Assembly: GCF_018977255.1 (NCBI RefSeq)
Contig: NW_024704743.1
Span: 61,134,001-61,198,000 of the forward strand
Source: Callorhinchus milii
Lineage: Eukaryota
Length of the DNA: 64,000 nt
Reading direction: 5' to 3'
Each line of letters begins with the position of its first letter. The stretch's first letter is position 1. The notes below the pieces were generated by a model that saw only the letters and a list, made by a program, of their open reading frames with translations, searched no databases and had not been told where the DNA came from. Shown here in pieces: positions 13,800 to 26,467 of the stretch. A program made the translations under genes and the position numbers.

Positions 13800-14510
13800 A
13801 GAGGAGAGGCACTGAGAGGGACAGTGAATGGGGAAGTAAGGGGGAGGGTCAGCGAGAGGGAGGAGCAGTGAGGGGGAGGGACAGTGAGTGGGGCAGGGAA
13901 GGGCAGGGGCAGTGAGAGGGACAGTGAGGGGGAGGGGCATGAGAGGAGCAGTGAGGGGGAGGGGCAGTGTGAGGTGAGGGGCAGTGAGGGAGAGGGGCAG
14001 TGAGGGGCCTCAGGGAGGGAGGGGCAGTGAGGGGAAGGGGCAGTGAGAGGAAGGGGCAGCGAGGGAGAGGGGCAGCGAGGGAGAGGCAGTGCGGGGAGAG
14101 GGGCAGTGAGGGGAGAGGGGCAGTGAGGGGGGAGGGGCAGTGAGGGGGGAGGGGCAGTGAGGGGGCTCAGGGAGGGAGGGGCAGTGATGGGGAGGGGCAG
14201 TGAAGGGGAGGGGCAGTGAGGGGCTCAGGGAGGGAGGGGCAGTGAAGGGGAGGGGCAGTGAGGGGGCTCAGGGAGGGAGGGGCAGTGAAGGGGAGGGGCA
14301 GTGAGGGGGCTCAGGGAGGGAGCGGCAGTGAGGGTCAGGGGCAGTGAGAGGGAGGGGCGGCGAGAGGGAGGGGTGGTGAGGGGGGAGGGGCGGCGAGGGG
14401 GAGGGGCGGCGAGGGGGGAGGGGCGGCGAGGGGGGAGGGGCGGCGAGGGGGGAGGGGCGGCGAGGGGGGAGGGGCGGCGAGGGGGGAGGGGCGGCGAGGG
14501 GGGAGGGGCA
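13800..14510. repeat. G/A-rich degenerate minisatellite (GAGGGGCAGTGAGGGG / GAGGGGCGGCGAGGGGGG) in HEPACAM2 intron 2
   Basis: Tandem units of about 16-18 bp with G4-G6 runs, seen directly. Confidence 0.95.
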
Positions 14511-14815
14511 GATAATGAAAGGGACAGAAAATGTGAGGGGTTGTTCCCTCCGGGTGTTATCCAAATCTTTGTTAGTCAATACAGTACAGTGTAATAGGAC
14601 ATATTCGAATACAGCATATTTATTAGGAATAATAAACAAAGATAATAATAGCACATATTTTTACAACTCAGCTACTATCCCCCCTCCCACTTCTGAAATG
14701 TATATGAAACCAGTTTCATCAAGTCCTCAGTAAAATCCAAATACTGTGACGGCAAAAAACAACTGTTTGTTTTTTAATTGGAAAGATTTGATGATGCAAT
14801 ATAGAACATACTCAC

Positions 14816-15166
14816 CATTGACATGAACAGTGAGCTGCCGACTGGCTGAAGCCACTTTCACCCCAGAGACAGTCACTTTAACAGTGTATTCACCCTCATC
14901 GCGTAACTCGACTGGATTAATCCAAAGGGATGCACTGGTAGGGGACAGAAAAAACCTGTGTCCATGTTCCATATCATGAGTCAGAACGTTATTGGTAGCT
15001 GTGACCAGAAGCATAGAGCCCGAAGACTGGCTTTGAAAAGTCCAGGTTATCTGCACCTGATGGTCCCCAGAGTCAGTGGTGTAATTTGCAGGAAGCAGGA
15101 GAGACTGCCCGACAGTGCCCAAGATCAGCTGGGTTGGCACTGTCACCTTTACTGTTCCTGAAGTAC
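14816..15166 (-). CDS. HEPACAM2: HEPACAM2 coding exon 2, Cys-less V-type Ig domain
   Basis: Acceptor CGCCAG|, donor G|GTGAG, 351 nt, phase 1-1. Peptide GTSGTVKVTVPTQLILGTVGQSLLLPANY...QITWTF...ASLWINPVELRDEGEYTVKV...ASASRQLTVHVN matches the recalled HEPACAM2 V domain (LKVTVPSHTVHGVRGQALYLP...DEGNYIVKV). An in-frame alternative acceptor lies 9 nt inside. Confidence 0.93.
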
Positions 15167-15811
15167 CTGGCGACGAGAATCAAAAGACTGTGAATACTCA
15201 TGATGGGTCTCTGTAAATATTCCCATTGCAATGAAGATTCATTCTTTACAAGCCACAAAAATATTTCCTTTTACTCCATTTGTTTGGTTTACATACAAAA
15301 TATTATACATAGGATAAAGTACATGTTTATTGTGCAAGGCACATCAAACAGTTCAAATTCCATCTTAAATGGCAAGAGAGAAATTACAACAATTAGCCAG
15401 AGACAGAATGGGTGCCTGAGAAGGGTGGGACACAGGAGAAGATGGGGGTAGTGGGAGATAACTGAAGATGCAGCTGAAGACATAAGTTTTTAAGGGAGTT
15501 TTTGAACAGTTGTGATAAGAGTTAGAAGAGTTTCTAACATAATGTAAGCCCCGAAACATGCAACTCTCTGGAAATGTACTCCAGATCTGTTTTTCCACCC
15601 ACTACTAGGGAGAATGCATGGGGCAGCTTTATTTCATTATTGACAAGCACCTGGTGGGAATGATGGACACAGAGTTACCACAGTCAAATAATAGTGATTC
15701 AGATTGATGTCCTGTTTGAACACACAATGCCAGCCTACAACTAAATGGAGAGATATATAAACAAGGCATCACAAAGATACATGGGATGTTACAAAGGATG
15801 AGAGATTTCAG

Positions 15812-16015
15812 TTCATAGATTCATTGAATGATACAGCAGAGAGGGAGGCCATTTGGTCCATCGTGTCTGTGCTGGCTCTTTGAAAAGAGCTATCCAAACC
15901 AATCCCATTCCCCCAGTCTCTCCCCATAGCCCTGCAAACTTGTCTTCCCCAAATAATTATCTATTTCTCTCTTAAAAGTTGTTATTGAATCGGCTTCCAC
16001 CACCCTTTCAGGCAT
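15812..16015 (-). mobile_element. CR1 3' tail fragment nested in an older plus-strand CR1 remnant
   Basis: GGCCATTTGGTCCATCGTGTCTGTGCTGGCTCTTTGAAAAGAGC..., as in the 24333 and 46362 copies. Confidence 0.8.
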
Positions 16016-17026
16016 AAACGTTGTGAAACATTTATGAAGTTAAGGCTCTTTTTACTAGAAGGTTAGAGGATGTCTTGATAGATTAGCTCAAAATTATGAA
16101 GTATTATTATAGCATAAACAGTAAAAGTTTGTTCTTTCTTTCAACAACACTTGTTTTAACAAGAGAATAGCAAGAAATTCAAGATAATCAGAAAAATTAT
16201 TTCCTGCTCCTGGCCAGTTTTATTTTTGTGATCCGGGTATCTGATACACACACAATCACCCATCACAATGCTTATGAGTATCAAACTAAACCACTGGGAG
16301 TTTCACAAATGCATGGAAATTTGCATTGTTTGGAATGAAGTGCGTGGTGTCTCTCCTTAAAGAGGCACACCCTGCTCACCTCCTCCCGGAAAGTATTAGG
16401 CACAGGTTGGCAGGGGTAGGTTACTACTGGAGCTTGACCAGCAAAACCCCTGCTGCCTCTCATTAAGAACACTTACTGTCAAGATTTTGTCAATGCTTGT
16501 TCCTCTAGGACCACCTTACATATTAAGGCTTTGGCTTGCTTGATGAACAAAAGCTGTGTGGGAAGATTCCCTGCTCCCAGTAACTGTCGTGTTCCCCAAA
16601 ATCCTGCCGATGAGTCAGACTGATTGGTCCATTCTCAACACTGCTTTGGAGATTTAAGGACCTAGCTCAAGCACTGGACTGTCGAGACGGTCAAGATGAT
16701 TGACCCAATTCTGAATTTACATTGCCAGCACATCACCTTGAAGCCAATTAAATCCCAAAGCTATCTTGCTGTTCCCCCAACCCCACCACCAACATCAGAG
16801 GATTAATGGTCACAGTTCAGTGACTCATGCTGGAAAGTGCACATGGATAAATTGCTGGCTGCCAGCTGAGGAGAGAATAGAGTTAAGCTGTGATGCCTCT
16901 CATGGTTGAGAAGCCTGTTGCCTGTTTGTGTTTACATATGATGAATGACCACTTGGGCAGTAATAACAAATTACATTTACATTCAGTATTTATATTTATT
17001 TAAGTCCAAAGGCACTGGGAAGTTAA

Positions 17027-17480
17027 CAACAACAATCTGCATTTATATAGCGCCCCTCACAAAGGGTAAGGTCCCAGAGCTAAGGATTAAGGGTTTGTGC
17101 CTTAGCTGGGCATTGGAATCGAGAAAGGTGGAGGACAAGGTTGGAGGTAGAAGGGTAGTTGAAGGCACGATCAAAGAGGAAGAACTTGAGATGCACTTTG
17201 AAAGAGACAAGAGAGGCTTCAAGGCAAAGGATTTCTAGGATGAAGTTCCAGAGGGTGGGGACAGAAAAGTTGGAGGCCTGACCACTAAAGGGGCGGGTGA
17301 CATGGAGCAGGTCAGTGCCTGTTGAGTGGAGGGAACAGGTAGGTTGATATGGTGTTAATAGGTCACAGAGGTAGGGAGGAGCATGACCGTGGAGGGCTTT
17401 AAAAGTGAGGATGGGGATTTGAAACTCGATCCTCTGAGGGATGGGAGATAGTGAACAGGGCAAGGATGAGGGAAGCTGGC
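17027..17480 (-). mobile_element. L2 LINE 3' fragment
   Basis: PIPQRIEFQIPILTFKALHGHAPPYLCDLL. Tail GGCGCTATATAAATGCAGATTGTTGTT on the minus strand. Confidence 0.85.
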
Positions 17481-19404
17481 GACCATGCAGCATTACCCTG
17501 TGTGAATCATCGCCTTTAGGAGGAAGGGAGATTATTGAAAAGGGTTAAGAAAAGGTTCATTTGAAAATATACTTTGCATGAACTCAGTGACTTTGCATTT
17601 AAAGCACTAAAGCAGAGGCAAGCAGAGGCCTAATATTTCTCATGGTCTTAACTTTGAGGACATGGTCTCATAATTTTAAGATTGCACAGAATTTAAAAAA
17701 TTCTTAAAATTAGTTCTTAAAAAACTCCCAGTTTCCAAATGAAGATTGAATTTAAGAATTTTCCAACATCCTTCACGAGCTTAAATTTTAAGACAATGGC
17801 TTTCAACGGTCTTAAGAATAAGTCCATAAAAATGTTTGTGTCTGTTGTCAGTTGCTTATAGAACCTGTCTCGCTATCTGTAAAACCAGCTTTTGCTGATG
17901 GGTCTCAAGACACTTGATCCATGAGGTACTGAACAAGCACCTATATTTTGCTGTCCCAATCCATTAAAATCATCAAATACAGTAAATATAAGCAGTCACT
18001 CTCTGCATTTGCCTAAATGCACTGATTTCAGCTGTCTTTTGAATTTCCTTTTTATAACAATTGATCAGTATACAAAGACGTCCAGGTTTCATTTAATGCG
18101 GCACAGTAACTGTTTCAGGGTAAGAAGTATATCCATGGGTAAAGGGTTTTCAGCACTTTGGGAAATCAACATGGACAAGACATTTCTCACAGCCATACTG
18201 TCTTAAGATTTCATATCCTGGATCAATTGAAAATATTTAAATTCACTCTTAAGTTGGTTTCCTGTGATTCTTAAACCAAATTAGCATAGAATTTAAGAAC
18301 TTTCCAAAAAATATCCAGAATGCTAATTTTGAGGACCTCGTTTTTAACCATGAAAATACCAGGTGTTTAGTATCTAATTGTAGAGATATTTTCTGAAAGG
18401 TAATATACAATATTCATGTGGTTCACTCGCCAGCTGTCATAACCATAGGCAAAGGGATCACCTGCTCAGGCTTCTGTATGTTCACCACCAGTTGTTGTCA
18501 TTTAATGGGTGAAATTACCAACACACCCTGAAGGTGCAGAAATTGTACTGGGGAGTCAAGGTCACCTCCACCCAAACAGGTTATTCATATGAGCCATTCC
18601 CTTACATTATATAAGTAATAATAATAAATATGACAACTGTTCAGAGTCCAGCCCCGACCAACAAACTCAGAACTCCTGAACTGATCTAATTCAAGTGGCA
18701 GATTCAAGGCTGAACCTTCTTAAGATGCAAAGTGCTTTTGTATCAAATCGATTAATTTTGTGACAAAGATCTGATCAGAGATGTACGGGTTTAGCTTTTA
18801 AGAAACATTCTTCTTGGAAAAGTATGGAAAAAAAGTGGTTAATGACATGAAATATGTTTGGAAAGATTCAAAGTAGTTATTTGCCTAAAGTCTTAAGACT
18901 TTAAAACAACCCACGTATCTCTCATCTCTGTATCTGCCCTGGATCAGCCTGGTTCAGTCAACACAGTCCTGTTAATCCTAAATTATAACACAAACCATCC
19001 ACTCTACATTTCTGCCTTTTTTTGGGGTCTGGATCGCTTAGTTCAGTTTGACAAAAAAATGTTTCATTCCAAAATCAAACTGATTTCCACCACGCAGGCA
19101 TGACTTTTGTGTCGATTAAACACTTCTATTATTGTTACTAATGTCGTTGCAACTCATCGTAGACTTTAGGGAGTCCTTGCAAAAATAAAGTCTTCCTTGC
19201 AGTGCACCCTCCCAGAGAGAGGCAATGCCGTTTCACATCTGTTGCATAATTATATCATATAAACCTAGCACTTCAAGTCAGACAAAGTTCAGAAATGTGA
19301 TGAGACCGAAACGTAATAAAAAGAACGGAATCTCCACTTTTTAGTGGTTCTTAAGTTAGGAACTTTTCCTCGAATGATAAAAATAATGCTTTTTTCCCCC
19401 TTAC

Positions 19405-19483
19405 CTATTGTCACGATGCATATTTGGTAGAGCAGAAGGTGAAGTCTGCTGCCCAAGGGATCCATCAAGGCATCGTGTCCCAT
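19405..19483 (-). CDS. HEPACAM2: HEPACAM2 coding exon 1 (start codon, signal-peptide region)
   Basis: ATG at 19483. Translates MGHDALMDPLGSRLHLLLYQICIVTI-G, resembling the HEPACAM2 N-terminus MGQDAFMEPFG. 79 nt, phase-1 donor G|GTAAGG. Confidence 0.88.
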
Positions 19484-19654
19484 AGAGAGAGAGCCCTGCT
19501 CAGCCCCTTGTGTGTCGGTGCTCCAACAGCAACTGGTCCCCGCTTCGTTTGATAGTCAAATGAGTGTTTGACAGTGTCTGCCCAGGCTCCAGGGCTCCCA
19601 GTGCAACACTGCACACACCACATCAATATAACGCCTCCTCACACCCACACACCC

Positions 19655-19657
<3 letters not shown>

Positions 19658-19692
<35 letters not shown>
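19658..19692. repeat. (CA)n microsatellite upstream of the HEPACAM2 ATG
   Basis: Uninterrupted CA run. Confidence 0.95.
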
Positions 19693-19695
<3 letters not shown>

Positions 19696-20980
19696 CTAAA
19701 TATTAACAATAAGGAGGAGGGAAACACATTCGGTGGCAAATAATCCAAGTTTACCAGGTTACTGATGCACCAATGATAAATGCACTGTTCAATAATAGAT
19801 AGGGTCACATCCTTCTGGACTGCTTTGTAAACTACCTCTCCCCCCACCCCCACACACACAGATACTGATGAAGCTGCCAACTGTTTCTGTTATAAATGAT
19901 TTGCAGGTGGATAAACAAGCACATAAAACAGAACAAATACAATTATCGGGTACAATACTTTGAAAATTAAGGAGGATCTACTAACAAAGCCTGGAACCAT
20001 AAAGACCATTCCGTTCGTTCTGTCAGAAGACAACACTGAGTCTACCCTATCCTGGACCCCAACAATTTGATTAACTTTATTGCCAACAGCTTCACATTGT
20101 CTAGAAACCTCTGGTGATAGATTCATATTCTGACCCAAATCCTTTCATTCTCCACTTTCGCTGCCCAACAGCCATCATGTTACAGATGTTCCCAACACCT
20201 TGGGATGTCCTCCCGATGTGAAAGGCCGCTATACAAATGTAATTTTGTTGTTGATTTTGTTGTTGTTGGTTACTGTTTCTTGTTCCAATATACATTGCAG
20301 TGCATTTAGCTTTATTTACCAGCTGCCAAACCTCGGCTTATCTAGTAATTGGCACCTATCTTCTTGAATGCCACTGATCCTATATTAAATTTTGCCTCAT
20401 CATACAATTGGTATTATATTTTTGCCCACAAAATACACAATCAATCCACTTTACAGTATATTCTATGAAGCGCTTTGAGAGGTCTCAATGATGAGATAAG
20501 GTGCTCTATAAAATGCAATGATTATTATTTTTTGGTCAGTCGGATGTCTGATATATGCAGAAACCCACCACCGTGCTCAAGAGTATCCAAATCGCACCAA
20601 GACTTTCACATATACATGCCATCTATGCATATAAACTTTCCCTGTGTCTGGAATGGAATGTGCACTTTATGGTATCGAAAGAAGTGATCTTTCCTCCTCT
20701 CAGGCATTTATAAACAATGTGCACATCTGTGATTCCAAAAACTAGAACTTTGCCGGTCCCTGTCCCAGTCATCCTCACCCTGTGCTCACCATTGCTTTGC
20801 CATTGTATTTGCCATGAATTTCATAGAAATCATAAAATGTTACTGAACAGGAACAGGCCAGTCTAGCTACCAAGTCTGTATGTTTTTCTTAATTGAATAT
20901 TTCTTGATTTATGGCTCCACAATAAATATGGCTACTCAATACCTACAGTAAACAAAATATTGATTTAATACAGACTCACC

Positions 20981-21348
20981 TGGTCTTGTAGTGTATTGGT
21001 TAGAACACTTGCCTCGAAAGTGAGAGGACTCAGGTTCGATTTCCGGGCAGTGCGAAACCTTGGGCAAGTTTCCTTATTCCACATTCTTCTGTTTATCAAC
21101 GGTAAGTAGGAACCTGGCTGTTAGTTGATTGGTGGATCGCTTTTCCAGGGATAATAAGCCCTTCAGAAAAAAAAATTAAATAATGATTTGGTCACTCAAT
21201 TCACAACTGTTTGTGAGATGCTTTACTAGGGTAATGATCCCTTCAAAAAAAAAAATTATTTGGTCAGTTTATTCTGTGAAGCCCTTTGAGACATCTCAAT
21301 GACATGATAAGGTGCCAGCTATATCAAATGCAAGGATTATTATTATTA
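20981..21348 (+). mobile_element. tRNA-derived SINE, same superfamily, older
   Basis: tRNA-like head, AAACCTTGGGCAAGTTTCCTTA body, tail ATATCAAATGCAAGGATTATTATT. Confidence 0.85.
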
Positions 21349-21523
21349 TCTAGACAAGTGAGAATATTCAACGGGCCACTTCTTGATGGCTCGTGGGCCA
21401 TGGGTTGGCTAATATAGAATGTATTGTAACAAGTAAAAACAAAATAATGGAAATATCTAAAAGCTAAATTGAGGAGCAGAATATATATATTATATATATT
21501 CCTGAATATATATTATATATAAT

Positions 21524-21816
21524 ATAATAATTCTTGCATTTGATATAGCATTTTTAAAACTTCTTCGAGACATCTCAAAGCGCTTTACAGATTATACTGT
21601 AAATTGAATTGACTGTATATTTGTGGGCAAAACGCAGCAGCCAATTGTGCACAGCAGTGTCCCACACATAGTCGTTGATTGAAGTGACCAATTTTATTAT
21701 TGGGGGATTATTATCAGGCGTGTGGAGTAAGGAATCTTGCCCGAGGTTTCACCCCGCTGGGCATCGAATCCAGGTCTCTCACTTGCGAAGCAAATACCAT
21801 TAAGCTACAGGACTCC
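21524..21816 (-). mobile_element. tRNA-derived SINE
   Basis: Reverse complement of the GGAGTCCTGTAGCT head through the (ATT)n tail. Confidence 0.87.
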
Positions 21817-21974
21817 ACGAGTTTTTTGACTCATCCAGTTGTGCTGAGGCAATGTATGATCAAAGTTCACAAACCACTGATCAGTGGATTAGGGACCTCT
21901 TTGATAATTGAGCCACAGTTTGAACACGTTAGAGTACATTCTATTTAAAAATCATTCTTGATCATTTATGTCAG

Positions 21975-23726
21975 CTGTGAAGCGATGCTCAAATCCAAAG
22001 TCAAGGGGATACTCTCAGCTGCCACTCCCCATCTCCCCCTCTCAACCCGGCCCCTACCCATACCTCCCTCCACACATTCGAACCTCCCACTCTTCTCTCA
22101 TCACCACTATAACCTGCATAAAACTGACCACCTGCTCCCTCGACCCCATCCCTACCCCCCTCCTTACCTCCCAGCTCCACCTCCTCATCCTTCTACTCAC
22201 AGACATCATAAACTTTTCGCTGTCCACTGGCACCATTCCCACCCCTTTAAAAAAGGCCATCATCATTCCTATCCTTAAAAAACCCTCCCTGGACCCATTC
22301 CTGCTCTCAAATTACTGGCCCATCTCCAACCTTCCTTTCCTCTCCAAGATCCTGGAATGAGTCTTCGCTTCCCAGCTTCGCTCCTTCCCCTACCACCACT
22401 CCCTTCACAAACCTTTCCAATCGGGTTTCTGTGCTGCCCGCAGCACAGAAATAGCCCTGGTCAAAGTGATAAATGATATTCTGTCCATCTGCAACCAGGG
22501 TTCCTTCTGCTTCCTCGTCCTCCTTGACCTATCTGCTGCCTTCGACACCCTTGACCACTCTATCCTCATCCACCACCTCTCCTCTCACCTCAACCTTCAT
22601 GGCTCTGTCCTTGACTGGTTCAGATCGTACCTCTCACACCGCCTCCACTTCATCTCCACAAACAGTTTCTCCTCTAGCCCCCGCATCGTCTTGTGCTGCA
22701 TTCCTCAGGACTCTGTCCTTTGTCCCCTCCTCTTCAACATCTAAATGCTCCCTCTTGGTGACATCATCCGCAGACATGGGGTCAACTTCCACATGTGTGC
22801 GGATGACACCCAACTCTACCTCTCTGCCTCCACCCTTGACTTCAGGACCAATGTCTGTCAGACATCAAGTCTGGATGAGAGCTAACTTTCTTCAGTTGAA
22901 CATCAACAAGACTGAGGCTCTCCTGATCGGCTCCCGCCAGCGCCTGCTCACCTCAGGCGCTGACAGCATCACCATCCATGGATGCACACTCCACCTTACT
23001 AAGCCAGTCCGGAACCTTGGGGACCCTCAATTATCTTTTCTACCCCACACCAGTGCCATGACCTGCTCTGCCTTCTCCCACCTCCGCAACATCGCCCGGC
23101 TCCACCAATATCTCACACCGCAGGCTGCTGAGATCCTCATACACGTATTCATAACATCCAGGCTTGACTGTGCAAGCTCCTTGCTTGTCGGCCTCTCCAT
23201 AGGCCGCAGATCACAAGAACTCTGCAGCCCATTTCCTCTCCGGCCTCAGGCTCTGTGACCCTATCAGTCCCATCCTCGCCCAATTCCACTGGCTTCTGAT
23301 CACACAGAGGATACAGTTCAAGATCCTGGTCCTCACTTTCAAAGCCCCCATGGCCTTGCTCCTCCCTACCTCTGCGACCTCCTAACCCTCTACCAATCTG
23401 CCTGCTCCCTCTGCTCAGTGGGCTCTGGTGTGCTTCACGTTGCCCGCCTCGCACGCCCCACCATTGGCAGGCAGGCCTTCTGCCATTCTGCCCCCCCCCT
23501 CTGGAACTCCATCTCGTCCCTCCATATCGCCCCCTCCTTTGCCTCCTTCAAGACTCACCTCAAGACCCTCCTCTTTGACTGTGCTTTCGATCACCCTTCT
23601 TTCCCCCCTGCCCTCCACCTTCCCCGATCGCAACCTCCAGCTCAGGTCCGAAACACTGACTGTCCAGCGCCATGGGACGTTCTCCCGACGTGAAAGACGC
23701 TATACAAATGTAATTTCATTGTTATT
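21975..23726 (+). mobile_element. L2-clade LINE, decayed
   Basis: TCSLDPIPT...NYWPISNLPFLSKILE, LVLLDLSAAFDTLDH, ITSRLDC, and the same 3' tail. Confidence 0.92.
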
Positions 23727-24332
23727 GGTTTCTGACAAAACTGGTTCCAAACAAGGTTCAAGGTGGTGATAATCTTCTATTACATATCGGACCATTGTGT
23801 GATGGTTAGGTTTAAACAATGCTGACGTTTACTCAGTTGTTTCTTGTCTGTTTGCCCATCAATATTAATGTGCTGTTGTTTTGGGAGTAACTGTATGGAA
23901 ACAGACAGATTGCCTGCTGAGTAGGGCCACACCTGAATCCTTCACAGTATAGCCGGCACACAGTGCCTCATATTTGTGACATACTAAAACATACACCTGC
24001 AAATGTAATGCTTCTATTGAATGTATAGAAATCCTGTCAATGAAATAAAGGAAAGACTCAATACGAACTGTGTATACATTCATGTTTGGTGCTTGTTCAG
24101 GCTGCACTTAGTTTGTATGCAAGACTGGCCGCTATGACATAAGGGAGCTGCCGAGGCCCTAGAGGCTTGGCATAGGAGAGCAATGAGGATAATACCAGTG
24201 TTAGAGGAATGAGCTATGAGAAATGATTAAGCATGCTAGGATCTTACTTAGGGACAGCATGCAGTATTGAAAAGCAACATCTCAGAGTGGACATTATGGA
24301 GGTAAATAATAAAAAATTTTACACTTGATATC

Positions 24333-24720
24333 ATAGAATCATAGAATCCTAGAATTATACAGAACAGAAGTAGGCCATTCGGCCCATCATGTCTGTGCCA
24401 GCTCTTTGAAAATAGCTATCCAATTCAACCCCTTCCCTCCACGCCCTCGCCATAGGCCTGCAGACTTGTCTTCCCCAAATAATTACCTACTTCTCTGTTA
24501 AAAGCTGTTATCGAATCATTTTCCACCACATTTTCAGGCAGTGCATTCCAGATCTGAACAATTCGCAGTGTGAAAACATTTCTCCTCACCTCCCCTCTGT
24601 TTATTTTAGCAACTATTTTAAATTGGTGTCCTCGGGTTACCGACCCACCTGTCAGTGGAAATAGTTTCTCCTTGTTCAACCTATTGAATCCCATCATAAT
24701 TTTGAAAACTTCTATTAATT
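24333..24720 (-). mobile_element. CR1 3' end with (ATAGAATC)n-type tail
   Basis: ORF 24425-24697 KEKLFPLTGGSVTRGHQFKIV...RRNVFTLRIVQIWNALP is a CR1 C-terminus. Confidence 0.88.
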
Positions 24721-24961
24721 CTGTTAACGCAAAGGTGACATGGAGGTGGATTCTCCCCCGAAGAAGCTGTTTGTGAGCAGGGTTCCCAGCCTCCCCGACA
24801 CTGAGACACAGCCCCGCCCACTGTCACACAGGCTGGACAGCGTGAGTGGAAGCCCCCACAGATGCTGTCACCTTCGGCCTACTCGCCCCCCCAGCACAGA
24901 GTGGGGTTTCCCCTCACTGCCCACCCCCAACCTCTGTATATTACAGAACGCTCAACTCTAT

Positions 24962-25136
24962 GGAGTCCTGCAGCTCAGTGATTAGTGCACTCGCTTCACA
25001 AGCTCGAGGATCTGGGTTCGAGTGCTGGGCTGGTCGGGGCGAACATTGGGCAAATTTCCTTACTCGACAGACACACACACACATGACTCTGTTTATCTAG
25101 TAGTAAGTAGGAGCCCGCTTGTTAGTCGATTGGTGG
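24962..25136 (+). mobile_element. tRNA-derived SINE, 5' half
   Basis: GGAGTCCTGCAGCTCAGTGATTAG head and TTGGGCAAATTTCCTTACTC body. Confidence 0.8.
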
Positions 25137-26351
25137 AAATTAAGTATCTAAGATTTTAAATGGTTTGAGAAAGTACACCCAGGACAATACTTTCAGATGC
25201 AATGAGACAAGACAACATAAGTTTAGTGTTGTAAAGGAAATTTGAGAACAGAATCTAGGAAATATTCCTTTACCAGAAGGTAAATGATGACCACAAGTTG
25301 CCAGGAAGGCTAGTTGAGGATGCTCGGCACTTGAAAAAGCAGATTGATGTTGATGAGTACAATAGGGTTGGTTTTCTGGAGGGATGAGATCAAATAACTT
25401 GAAGGACCTTCTTCTTTCAAACTTTGTGATCTTGTGATGTCATCATCCGACTTCTATATCCCTCAGAGTGTAGCTCTGGAGTGCACTCCATTATATTGGG
25501 TTAACATGTCTGTTCTGCTTGTGTCCTTTTGAACTGTTTGTCTCTGAAAGGATTTGGGTTCTTTATTAACTTATGGCTTTATCACATGAGCCTCTGGGTT
25601 TGGAGGGGATTGTTATTCTGGTCATTAAATCCAATCTGTGGAGTTTGTGAAGGATGGCCTTCAGCATATAATACTCACTTCAATTACAGTAACTTCCCAA
25701 TGTATCATGTTTATTTAATATATTGCAGGAAGCATTAATCAACGATAATAATTGAGCAGAACTAATCTCTATACAACTTTGGATGTAATGGTCTTGAAGC
25801 AGAACTATGCATTCAGCACATCAACTTTTCCACCCACTTCATGGAACAAATGAAACTAAACATGTTTTTTGATCCCTCAAAACATCAAATATGTTTGTAA
25901 CTATTGAATGCTACTCTACTTCCTGGCTAGGTTACAGAACAAGATAATTCTTGTTCCTGTTTATAACGTGTCATATTGTGCTGTAAATTTTAACAGATGG
26001 CTTCCTCACCCGGGTTGTTACTGGTGGAATCTGTTATGCATCCTAATGTTCAAGCAGTACCCCAATTCACACTTTGGGACTTTGATGTCTTGGCTTCTGC
26101 CAACCTACACCTGTGTTCTCTGGGTGTAGGCAAGTGGATGTGTCTTTCTTGAAGAGAGATTGCACATTCCAAAACTGTGAATTCTCAATAGCTGGAACTA
26201 GAGACTGTTAAACACAGCAAGGGGTTTCTTCAAGTGTCATACTCCCAACTGAGTCAAACAACAGCTAGATTTGAAAGTGTGGAGAACAGATTTGTAGATA
26301 AGGATAAGCTGACATATGTGGTCTGTTCAGAAAATGTGGAGATAACTGAGT

Positions 26352-26467
26352 TGTGGACCCGAAATGTTCTGACGAATGGTCGTGGACCCGGAACATTGAC
26401 TCACTTTCCTTTCTCCATAGATACTGCCTGACCTGCTGAGTTTTCCCAGCTCTTTCTGTTTTTGTTT
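26352..26467 (+). mobile_element. Penelope-like element terminal-repeat remnant with degenerate hammerhead core
   Basis: CTGACGA, GGTC/GACC stem, CGGAAC, then TTCTCCATAGATACTGCCTGACCTGCTGAG...TTTCTGTTTTTG. An inverted partial copy lies at 38866-38935. Confidence 0.6.

Noticed and set aside
14268..14654. Proline-rich ORF (minus) and Gly/Arg-rich ORF (plus)
   Set aside because: Translations of the G-rich tandem repeat.
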